In this document: positions 1 to 11,900 of the stretch, one piece after another
How positions within the stretch are numbered: position 1 is the stretch's first letter
How the letters are laid out: every line of letters begins with the position of its first letter
Source of the DNA: Lytechinus pictus
Lineage: Eukaryota
Direction: 5' to 3'
NCBI RefSeq assembly: GCF_037042905.1
Contig: NC_087250.1
Location: 28,460,001-28,517,652 of the forward strand
Length of the DNA stretch: 57,652 nt
Program-made: the position numbers and the translations under genes
The notes under the pieces: generated by a model
Told to the model about the DNA's origin: nothing
Databases searched by the model: none
What the model saw: only the letters and a program-made list of their open reading frames with translations

Positions 1-313
1 ATTTCCAGTGTATGGGTTAATGCTCCATGAATTAAGCACGGCAGATGTTTTTGAGGTTGGTGATATAAGTCCATGGGGCCTTTTAAAGGAATGTATTAAT
101 CATCTAGAGGCAGGGATAGTTGCAGTCAAACGTAGTTTTAGAAATCAAACAAAAATTGATTTCGTCTAATCAATTTGGAACCTCTGCTTGTTTTTATACT
201 TGCGTTAAAACGCGACGCTTTCTGTAACTTGCTCTATATGATCGCTAATAGGGATGATAGTATGTTCTTGAATAGAACATGCGTGTAAGTCTATTGGACG
301 TGGTGAACACGAC

Positions 314-637
314 TTAAAGGTCCGAGTCCATCCCAGAAAAAAATGTTAATCTATAGAGAAAAATCAAACAAGCAAAATGCTAACAATTTCATCACGATCG
401 GATGTAAAAAAAAAAATTGGCATTTTAAAGTTTCGCTTATTTTTCACAAAACATATGCAAATGAGAGAGTCGAATAAATCCCTCCCTCACTAGTTCTTTT
501 GTTTCTATTGTTTGAAATATACAATATCTCATTTTTTCTACAGATTTGACAATAAGTCCAACTTGACTGAACCTTAAAATGTTGAAACAATGGTAATTCC
601 ACATGTTCAGTTGGGAAAACTTTCTGTTTCATAGGAC
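314..637. mobile_element. Partial TTAA-flanked (Kolobok-like) MITE, truncated by the adjacent SINE
   Basis: Starts TTAA-AGGTCCGAGTCCATCCCAGAAAA, the near reverse complement of the right end of the element at 30533-30986 (TTTTCTGGGATGGACTTGACC-TTTAA). Confidence 0.6.
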
Positions 638-858
638 AATAATAATAATAATAGCTGGATTTATATAGCGCTTTTGCCTAAAATTCAAAGCGCTTGCTAT
701 TATTACCCCGGCTTTAGCTCGAGCTACCATCACCGGCGATCAGTGCATGCAAGGAATTAATCCTACCAGGTACCCATTCACCTCACCTGGGTCGAATGCA
801 GCACAGAGTGGATATATGTCTTGCTGAAGGAAAACACGCATGGCTACGATTCGAACCC
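638..858 (-). mobile_element. 5'-truncated tRNA-derived SINE with an L2-type (TTA)n tail
   Basis: Minus strand reads GGGTTCGAATC (B box), then a central ...CGACCCAGGTGAGGTGAATGGGTACC... block, ending AAGCGCTATATAAATCCAGC(TAT)n. Confidence 0.7.
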
Positions 859-1990
859 TTGACCTTAAATATTTGCATGTATAACATACAATTCCATGAA
901 ATAATAATAATGATAGTAATAAAAATGATACTAATAATATATGCTTATATAGCACATAATATTCGACAAAATCTCTATGCGCTTTACATGTACATAAAAA
1001 GTAACAAGTATATTTACCTAGAATAACAAAAATAATAAATGAAAAAAAAAACATTGTAACGGATACATACAAAATAATTTATTCCTTGCAGAACTACTAG
1101 ATCATTGCTAGAAATTAATGCATTTTTTCTTTTCTTATATTCTTTTCCTGGTGATTGTCTGGAAATATTAACGACAGATTTTGCAACTCCCTCATGATGA
1201 TTTAAGTAATTATATTATCTTCAGAGATTACGTTGTATTGTTTTCAATTTCCTATCTGCAAATTTTGGATTCCATTTCTCCTTTTTTTAATACAATCAAT
1301 ACATGTACTTTTTTTTCATGAACGTTTTTTTATTTAATTTTGTAATGAATGTTTTCTTCTTTTAATTTCATATTTTAGCCTGGTACATTATTTGCCTCCC
1401 TTCTCTGTCCCTGTCTCTATATCACTCTTTCTGCCTGTCTCCATATCTCTAAAAAGATAGAGGTACAGAGTAACTGAATATGTGATAATATACGTTTGTG
1501 GTGACGTTGTCATGCTTTACAAATTTCTATTCTCTATACATTATGTCATTCTGGTGTTCATAAAATCGAACACCTTATTTTAACAAGTTGACGGACATTT
1601 TTGAAAAAAAGATAATAATTTATATTCCCTGCTCTTTCTTTCTGCATCCATTTATCACCTCTTCATAATATCTTCATAACTTCCATGTTTTCTGAACCTT
1701 CAGATTATACATTACAAAGAAAATGTATAAGTATATTTATTGCTCTTTATGCATGTTTTACGTGGATTAAAAACATTCGCAATACATTTTCGTTTGAATT
1801 TTACTTGTACAGGCAAAACGCATCCCTGTGTATAGGTATTCATCCTGATTGTCTTATTAATCACACGTAAAGAATACAGTATTTGAATTTCACGACATAA
1901 AAGTAATGCGATGTTTCTTTTGAAAGATAAAATGACAAAATTAATCACTTTATTCTCCATGGTACTGATGTGTAAGATTCAAACACTACA

Positions 1991-2252
1991 CCGCGTTCTT
2001 ACAAGTCTTAAGCGTTAGTGAAACCGCGTTCTTATCATCTTAAGCGTTAGTGAAACCGCGTTCCTATCAGTCTTAAGCGTTAGTGAAACCGCGTTCTTAT
2101 CAGTCTTAAGCGTTAGTGAAACCGCGTTCCTATCAGTCTTAAGCGTTAGTGAAACCGCGTTCCTATCAGTCTTAAACGTTAGTGAAACCGCGTTCCTATC
2201 AGTCTTAAGCGTTAGTGAAACCGCGTTCTTATCAGTCTTAAGCGTTAGTGAA
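1991..2252. repeat. 33-bp minisatellite, 8 copies
   Basis: Unit CCGCGTTC(C/T)TATCAGTCTTAAGCGTTAGTGAAA starts at 1991, 2024, 2056, 2089, 2122, 2155, 2188 and 2221. Confidence 0.95.
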
Positions 2253-2744
2253 GCCGACATCCACCTTAGCCTTTCAAGAAATAGCAAATATTGGATTGAA
2301 ATTCAGCCGGCCAAAGAGATTTAAAATAATCCGTTGAATTGGATATGTGCCTCAGACTCATACCAATAGGATTACATGTGTAATGCAGTATGGGTTGTGA
2401 GATAAGGTGATTAAACTCAAAACGAGAATATTCCAATATACTCTCGCTCTCAAAAAGGGGGAGGGATTTATCATCTTTAAAGTAAGAATGAAGTTATCTT
2501 ATAAGGCTTCCTGGGAAGGCTAATAATGAACATCTTTAAAGTTTCATTATTTCAGAAAATTGAATTTCTGTGAAATAATTCAAAGAAAATATCATACAGG
2601 TAAAATACAGGTTTTGTGAAAGGCTCGATCTTACATTTTTGACATTGGTTATATTTTTACCAGTTAACATTGTTAAGGACAAGATGTGAGGTTTTCAGAA
2701 TGGTATCACTAGTCTTTAAGCAATAAAGGCGGTGAATTGGGGTA

Positions 2745-3984
2745 TATTATGCAAATGTTATATTCTACTTTATTACTCCCGTATTTAAAATATGGCATTC
2801 TAGCCTGGGGAAATTCTAGTAAGCTTCAACTTGATAAAATTTTGGTTATCCAAAAGAGAGCAATTCGTATGATTTCCAATGCCCATATTCGGGCTCATAC
2901 AGGTCCTCTCTTTTTAGAAAATGATGTTTTAAGAGTTTCTGATATTTTCTATCTGCAGTTGGGTTCTTTTATGTTTCAATTGAACAATAATGACTTGCCT
3001 CCGGCACTTAATTATATGTTCATAAAGAAACAACCAGTTGCATGACTATCCAACACGCCAAGCATTTTCATTTCATCTTCCAAAAACCAGAACAAAATTT
3101 GCCCAAAATACTATTATTTATTCAGGTCCCAAATATTGGAATTCTCTTAATCTCGATATAAAAAGATCTGTTAGCTTAACTGCATTTAAAAGAAAATTGA
3201 AAACGTCTCTTTTGAGACAATATTACCTCTCGTAGAACCCAACTGTACGCTTTAAATACACAATATATATTTATCCATTTGTACTCATTTGTGCATTACT
3301 TTTAGGACGGTCGGAGAGTGGATTGGGCACCTGGTAGTCAGGGAAGCTCTTTTATCAACCTCATACCTCTTCTAAGTTTTGCTTCCTTTGATACTTTTTT
3401 TCACCTAGCAACTATCAAGTTTTTTTTCTTTTCCTCGTCTGCCAGGTGCTCCATCCCCTCACTATGTCCGTATGTGTTTGTCACTGTAAATAAATTACAT
3501 GTATTCATATTTACAGCTGCAGATACCCTTACAAAGGACCCGCCTACTATTTTCTATTTCATTGGCATACGACCAATTCTGTCAAAATATTTCATGTCAT
3601 CCTTAAACGTCGCAATCGTGAACAGCAATATAATAGACGGGTCTTCTTTCCTTTTTTCTTTCTTTTATGTTTTGCTTTGTCTTCCTTGTCTTGTCTAGTA
3701 ACCTGTATGTCCCTGTTCTTTGTAACGTTCTCTGTTTTCGTCCTTGTCCATTTCTGTAACTTTCTCCGAGCTCAGCTCTATTTTTTCTGTAACTATTTTT
3801 AGCTATCAATGATTACACATTAATTATTTGTTAAGGGCCTATCCACAACAAGCTTTTGCTTTACTTTAGGTCCATCCACTTTGAATCTACATTTATATTG
3901 TAATTATGCATACTATTTCGGAATGAGTTATATGTTTTTGTATTTTGAATGATTTGTGGAAAATAAATGAAATGAAAATGAAAT
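2745..3984 (+). mobile_element. 3' fragment of an L2/Crack-type LINE (C-terminus of ORF2, 3' UTR and tail), frameshifted
   Basis: LYSTLLLPYLKYGILAWG..QKRAIRMI..HDYPTRQ..GPKYWNSL..FKRKLK is typical of the post-RT region; ends AATAAATGAAATGAAAATGAAA. Confidence 0.8.
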
Positions 3985-4825
3985 TTTCAAGGATACATTC
4001 TTTTTGTATTGCGGGCAAAGAGTTTGAACGATCATTATTTAGAAAATATATACATTTCTAAAAATCTGGTGAATGGAAAATTTCGAACTGAAAATCATTT
4101 CATGGAAGACATGCAAGGGTTGTTAGCCTTTTATAGGCAAATATATATATATTCTCATAAATGAATCATTATGAAAGCTTTAGACAGGATTTAAAACCAG
4201 CCTCGTGTTATAAGAGCAGTAAAACTTCGTTTTTTGTGTTCTATAAAGAGCCATTAGTCTTAAGGTTTTAGATATGGAACAAAATGCTTATGTAAATCAA
4301 ATGCAATACTGATAATAAATTTCATTTTTCGAAAAATGAAATTATTGGTCTTTCTTTCGACATGGGTACTAGGAAGAAATAAACCTATACTAATTGTCAT
4401 TTGCGTCTCCAAGAAGAGTATGTGATATATCTGACCTACTTGAAAGTTGCACTGGAACACCAAGATTGATATCTGATATATCAATTAGTCTGCATATAGA
4501 AACCCCCAAGATATCTCAGAATGCAAAGGATGTTAATAGTAGTATGTTATATAAATTTGGATTTGGCCGTAAAACAGTAACGACATTTATTGAAAATGCT
4601 ATTACAAATTTTCTGAAAGAGACATGTGTTGAATCAAATGGCTGTCAAGTCCTATAATATAGTCCATTTTATCCTGGCGAATTTGCTTTACGAACTAAAA
4701 TCAGGCAGGCATTCCGAAGTTAACGTTTGAACCACTTGATATCATGTATTTGAGATTCATAATTTTATTTGTAAAAAGGTCAGTATTTTTACCTGACTTA
4801 GGAGCTATTTGTTTGGCATTTCCAG

Positions 4826-4982
4826 GGCTCCGTAACACAAATGTTTGCAATCAATCGCTGAATACCAACGACCAATCAAGATCGTCGTTGCACGCGCACT
4901 CGGTTTAAAATATTGTCCGGGAACCAATCGATGCGGTTCTTTCATACTTGTAATTCATCGCAAACCTTTGTGTTACGGGGCC
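4826..4982. mobile_element. PIF/Harbinger-like MITE
   Basis: TIRs GGCTCCGTAACACAAA / TTTGTGTTACGGGGCC, flanked by CAG on both sides. Confidence 0.6.
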
Positions 4983-5831
4983 CAGTTCTATTCATTTGAA
5001 AATATCACCTGGTTGACGTGAAAATGGGGAAACCTCGTTTCGCGTGATACTGTTACAGGAGTAGTCTTTAATACCTTCAGGGATTTAATGATATTTTAGC
5101 TTATCAGCTGATAAAATGCACTTCGTAAAAACCATTATACAATACACGTCACCGTCATCAATATTTCAACGAAAACTCTACATTGTTGATTGTTGGAATC
5201 CCAATTCACCACATTTTCTTTTACACATGTCTCCAAACATTACTTATGATGAATTGCCCGCGGTTATCCTACGTTTTATATTACCACCCTGTACATCAAT
5301 GGTGAAATAGGATCCTACGTTTTGAAACCTTAGAATGTCATTCATAGTAATGTCACAACACGTAGGTTGGTTTACACGGGTCCATGTTCATTCTTCTAAA
5401 CTACCTCGTGATGAACACACCGAATTGTCAACACTGCCAATTATCCTATTAAAAGTAAGGACACAAAATTGAAATACGTGACGGGGTATTGACATTGTTG
5501 AGCAGTGAGTTTTTGGATCATTGATATAAACATAATAATATATCCCTAACGTTAGTAAAGCACTCTCTGAAACTCAAAAGCAGGTGGCACTATTTAGAAA
5601 TGATAAACAGTGCTATTTAATTAGTCTCATTCTGTCTCACATGTTGAATTTTAACATCTTTATGCATTGTTTTTTGTTATGATTTTCAAAATTTTGCCTT
5701 TTGCACTCATTTCGTGTATTTTGATTGTTGAACATTTAAATGTTTCATTTTAGTGAGGTATTCTAGTGGATAATAGTGAGCCAACTGTTCGTAAAGAAAT
5801 ATTTTATTTAATATTTTATCTTTACACACAG

Positions 5832-5969
5832 TGTGACATGGCCACAGGCCTGAAGGCTTTCTTTGAATCTCTGGCAAGACCACCGAGGAAATTCATGGTG
5901 TTCGGAGGGGCGTGTCCTAGTGTGACGTCACCAATTGCAACGTCCGTTCATTGGTGGAATCTTGTACAG
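5832..5969 (+). CDS. GABBR2: GABBR2 exon ([11 protein letters not shown]...WNLVQ)
   Basis: cag|TGT...CAG|gtaaac; 138 bp. Confidence 0.93.
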
Positions 5970-8900
5970 GTAAACGTTTCTATTCAGTGACTGTCATTTC
6001 AGTGACTGTCATTGAATGAGAGTAGTAGCCGTAAAAGTAGTAGTATTTGTAGTAGTAGGAGGAGGAGGAGAAGTAGTAGTAGTGGTAGTAGAAGAAGAAC
6101 AAGAACAATAAAAAAGGAAAAGAATTGAACAAAAACAAGAAGAAGAAGAAGAAGGAGAATAAGAAAAAGGAGAAGAAGAAGAAGATAAGGAAAAAGAAGG
6201 AGAAGAAGGAGGAGGAGGAGAAGAAAAAGAAGAAGGAGACTGAAGAAGTATGAAGAAGTAAAAAATAGCTAAATATAAAGGACAGCGGAAAAAAGGAGAA
6301 ACATATCAGTGGAAACAGAAAGAGGAGCCAATAGTTTTTTTATAGAAATTGTTTTACTTTGGCATTGTTTGAGATGGACCGGTATATAGTAATATCAATT
6401 AAATACTTCCATAAAAACGACAACCAATGTACGCTTTCTTCATATACTCACTTTACATGTCTCATGTATTTCTCTCTCCCATCCAGTTATCGTATGCTGA
6501 TACCACCCCGTCTCTCTCTCAGCGGGATAAATACCCACATTTCTTTAGGACCGTTCCGTCAGAGAATGATATCGGTGCTGCTAGGGTCAAACTCTTCCAG
6601 CTGTTTAACTGGACTAAGATTGCTACCCTTCATCAGGACTATCCTCGTTTTTCATATGTAAGTAGGTCTATATCATACCCCCGATTCGTGGACCCTTTGC
6701 CACGCCATCGGAACCATAAAACAGCCGACGAGGCCATTCCGCAGCACGAATTTTTAAACTGCGCTGCTCGCCCCTGCTTTACTTTTAAGTCTTGCACAAC
6801 TTTTGAGACAAAATTGTTAAAAAAACCACATGCCTGTATACAGAGGATAACTTCGTATAACACTGAACTTTAGGGGGGGTGGGGGATCTGATGTAAATTA
6901 CAAAAAAGTACTGCATTTTAGTGGCGTAAATAGGCCAAAATGTTTAGGGGGCGAGGAAATGTGTATTTGGCAAAATATATAAAAAGCAAAATCGAATAAT
7001 GATGACATCTTTACAGCTTGGTTAAATTTTTTAGGTAACATGACAAGTCCTATTGTTTAGTTCATTTGAAATTACGTTAAATATTCGTTATCATGAAAGT
7101 TATCGAAATAGCTCACACTAGGTTATTAAGCCATACAAAATAGATCATCCTAAAGAGAAATCGTTGTTCTGTAACACAAAAGATGGAACGTGCATTTAAC
7201 CTTTTTTGTGAAAAAAAATATGTCTGACATCACCCCCCCCCCCCTCCTTCCTCACCTTGAATCACTATTAGATTCATTCGCATTATCTTGATCGTTTTCA
7301 TGTCTCACCTGTCACAGGCCCAGAGTAAGCAGGTCAAGATGGCGGAAGAAAACGGTATAACGACAATAGTTGAAGCGACATTCGCTGATGATCCGCGACC
7401 AGCCTTAGATCAACTGAAGGTAAGGGTGATACATGTTAACAATCATGGTATTAAATAAAACAATGATTGAAACCACTTTATATTTTTAAGTGAATTTGCA
7501 AGTCAAGCGAATAATAATATATTTAATTTCGTTCACAAGAATATCAAAAATATACCATTGTCTTTCATTAATATTGCATTTAAGTGTATCTCAAATCATT
7601 TGAAGCAAATTACCTAAATGTATTTTGTAAATAAAATACACTGGAACAAAAAATAATGATTGTGTATTTATTGTCATTATTTTTTTTCTTTTAGTATATA
7701 TCAAATTTATACGTGTATAATTGTATATACACTACTCAAAAAAAGTTAAGGACCACTTTTTAAAACGTACATAAAGATTTTATACAAGGTGTTTTATTTC
7801 TGGAAATACCTCAGTACAACTGTCCTAAATGTCCTTAAACACGCTGTAATCAATTTCACGCATGGGTGGTTTCAGTTGTTGCACAATGTCTCTCGCATCA
7901 CTGCACATCCTGAAAAGTGGGCCCCGAGGGGTATCAGCTACCGACATAAAGTGGTAAAAACGAATGTCTGAGTGTCTTTCAGGCAGTTCAGTAACGAGTG
8001 TGACCACCTCCTGCAGCAATAACGGCTTCACAGCGCTGTCTCATGGAGCTGATGAGGCGATTGATGTCTCTGACGTCCAGTGCATCCCATGCAGCCTCCA
8101 GAGCCACACCCAGCTGCTGCAGTCCAAGTGGATGGGCTTCGAGCTGCTCGAGACTCCTCCCCATCATGTCCCAGACGTGCTCTATCGGGTTTAAGTCCGG
8201 GGACCTCGCTGGTCACTCCATACGCTCAATCCCCTGGCCCTCAAGGAACTCGGTCACCACCCTAGCTCGGTGGGCACGGGCATTGTCATCCATGAAAATG
8301 ATGTTTTGTCCCACATTTTCTGCAAATGGCACCACTATAGGTTCAAGGACCTCATCCCTGTACCTCACTCCTGTCATTGCTCCCCCTGGGACCACGTAGA
8401 GACGAGTACGGTTGGCGTAGGTGATGCCTCCCCACACCATGACGCTGCCTCCCCCATAACGGTCATGTTCTGCAATACAGGGGTCTGCAAATCTCTTTCC
8501 TGGTCGCCTCCAGACTCTCGAACGTCCATCATTGTGGTCAAGGGAAAATCTGCTCTCATCTGTGAACAGAACTCTACGCCATTGCTGTCTGGTCCATCTG
8601 ACATGCTCCCGGGCCCAGTTGAGACGAATTCTTCTGTGAGCAGGGGTGAGTGGGACACACTGAGCTGGCCGTCTGGCATGCATATTGGCTCTGTGAAGTC
8701 GGTTACGGATTGTTTGAGTGGAAACAATCACTCCAGTTGCTGCAGCGAAGTCATTGTTGAGGCGGCGTGCACTGTGAAAGCGGTTGCGGAGGCTGAGATT
8801 CGTCAAGTAGCGATCATCTCTAGGGGTTGTCGAAACTGGTCGGCCACTGCGGGGTCTCTCGGAGTATAGCCCTGTCTCTTGGTGTCTTTGATTTGCTCTG

Positions 8901-11900
8901 CTAATGACACTGTGTGACACGCCCATCATTCTGGCTACTCTTCGCTGACTGAGGCCAGCTTCCAGCATCCCTAGGGCTCTGGCTACATCTGTTTCACTTA
9001 GGTGGTGTCTTGGCATTGCTGTTGTAGGCAAGTTGTTGATTGTACAGACTAAAGACGGAAAATGCTTTGGAAGACACTTGTCTTATGGCCCACTGCAATG
9101 ATGCCAGAGACATCATGAAAGAACTGCATGTGTGAAATTGATGTCATTGTGTTTGATGGCATTCTGGACAGCTGTATCTTGGCATTGCTATTGTCAGCAA
9201 GTTGTTGATTGTAGAGACTAAAGACAGAAAATGCTTTGGAAGCCACTTTTGTACGGGCACATTGCAATGATGCAAGAGACATGAAAGAACTGCATGTGTG
9301 AAATTGATTTCATTGTGTTTGATGGCATCCTGGACAGCTGTATCTTGGCATTGCTGTTGTCAGCAATTTGTTGATTGTAGAGACTAAAGACAGAAAATGC
9401 ATTTGAATCCACATTTTTACCACTTCACAATGGGCCCACTTTTCAGGATATGCAATAATGCGAGAGACATCATGCAACAACTGAAACCACCCATGTGTGA
9501 AATTGTTACAGGGTGTTTGAGGAGATTCAAGACAGCCATATTCGGGTATTTCTAGAAATACAACACCCGGTTTGAAAATTGTATACACACATTAAAAAGT
9601 GGTCCTTAACTTTTTTTGAGTAGTGTATTATTTATGTTTCACATGGCATGCATGCAAAAAATATGAATTTTCAATGTAAAATGTATTGGGTAATATTTTA
9701 ACCTACATGAGGGTAATTGTGTATCCAACCAATTTTGGGCAGTATTTTACCCGATACCGGAAGCAACTTGTCCAGTAAGGTTAAGTATAAGGAGCAATTA
9801 CTTTAGAATGGGCAAAATTTTAATCACACTGGATAAATAAAAATGCCCTAAGTTGGTTGGACACATATTTAACCTCATGGAGCATTTTTATCTAATATTT
9901 CTTAGACATGTTAGAGTATACATCAAGACACACGAGCTCGATCATCCCAACACACACTCACACTCTATCATACATACAGACTTAATCGTGTGTTCATCCT
10001 TTCTCTCTCTCTCTCTCTTTCTAGGAGAAAGGAGCTCGTATCGTGATGGGTTTCTTTGATGAGGATATGGCACGAAGAGTATTCTGTCAGGTGAGTTCAT
10101 TGTACGTCTAAATAAACTGATGGTCCTGTGTGAAAGCTTGAAACGTACGTACATTCTTCTTATTTTCCAGCAAGCCTGAAAGTATTTCAACGAGACTTAA
10201 GTGTTGTTGCTTGGAAGAAATCAAGTCCATTTAGGAAAAAAAAAATATCTCAATCCATGACCATTATGAACCTGTGACGGCCACACACACCATTGTTAGC
10301 CCAACCAGGGGCGTGTTATACCTTGGTCACATTATCTACGGCGGCCGTACGGCGAGTCGAAAACAGCCGTTGTAACATTTATTTGTCCAACTACATATAG
10401 GTGGTTTGAATTAAAATTAATAAAACGGCTGTTTTCGACTCGCCGTACGGCCGCCGTAGAGCAAATGTGACCAAGGTATTAGGAAGGATAGGAAACTCAA
10501 ACACAATGCATTTGAAATCTATCAGAATACAAAGGCATTTTAATCACTAACAAAACATTCCACGTAGGATTGATATCCCATGTGGTGTGCCGATGTTAAC
10601 CCTTCTGATCCGACTGGCTTCTGCAGAAGCAAAATATAAGTAATTACTACTTTTGCCTCGAGAACAGTTGGTTTGGATCAATTTCTTTTGCAAATTTCAT
10701 ATAAGTTATTGACAACAAAATAAAAAAAAACTGTGATATATGCATGCCAAAATAATACAAAACATTCGTTAAAAAGACATATAATTTTTTTAAACTACTT
10801 GTACAATAATGTCAGCATCTTCTGACAATTTGGGCTATTTTACAGCTCACTAATTATGAAAGATGTATAAGCATAAGTTTGAACATAATTTGTACAGTAG
10901 TTTATGCGTGTTCTTGCGTGAATCTGGAATAATTAACTTTTGATATTACTTGAATTTTTGTTCTTTCTGTTTGCTGATACTCATTATGCCATTAACGTAA
11001 TTAAGAACTGGACAAGCCAATTCGAATCTGACTTTATCCTGTTGCTCCGAGAAACTGTCGCCTGAAAAAAGTCCTATTATTGAAATATCAGTTTGACAAA
11101 CATTTTATTGTCGTCGGCTCGCCACATAGGGTTAAAGCAGGCTGGTACATTCCTATCCTTCTATCACATCCCTAGACAACAGAGCGCTAACAGTAAGTCC
11201 AGTCAGATCTTTCGGATTATCAATTCATACCTTTTATTTCTATGTGTAAGTAATGCATTGTTGTATCTTCTTCTTCTTCTTCTTCTGGAAACAGTACAGT
11301 CCACCGTCTGGTGTATTGTCGTACTGGTGAAGTGCAGCGTGCAAGTGTATGTACATTATTCGATAAAAAATTGCTTACAGCGTGCAAGTAAAAACAACCA
11401 CCGTTATTAACGGAGCTGGGTCTTTTGTACCTCTTGTTTAAAGATGTATAGAGAGGTACAATTAACTGTGCTGTTGGGGAGGGAGTTCCAAAGTCTTATC
11501 GAATCTGGGAAGAAGCTCCTCTGGTAGACAAGTGTTCTGGCAAAGGGAACAAAGATCTTCTGAGAATGACCTCTATGCATGGATGTGGATGGAGTGAGGA
11601 AGGTAGGTGGGATGTCAATGAGTGAGTTGGTAATACAGTAGATCATCACCACCTTGGCCTGTGCCCTACGCTCTTGTAAAGTTGGCCATTTGAGCTGGTT
11701 CAGCATGGCTGCTACACTGCTTGTTATGCGGTGGTCATTACAGACGAAGCGTGCATAGCGTCGCTGCACCATTTCAAGCTTTTTTATATTTGCTTGAGTG
11801 TGAGGGTCCCATATCATGCTGGCATACTCCATGATTGGTTGCAGGAGAGCTTTGTAGCACAGTTCCTTGACCTTTCTTGGACATGGCCGGATATTTCTCT

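Noticed and set aside
1991..2252. CRISPR-like array or 11-aa repeat protein (ORF 2015-2287)
   Set aside because: Units are head-to-tail with no unique spacers, in a eukaryotic intron; the ORF is a by-product of the 33-bp period.
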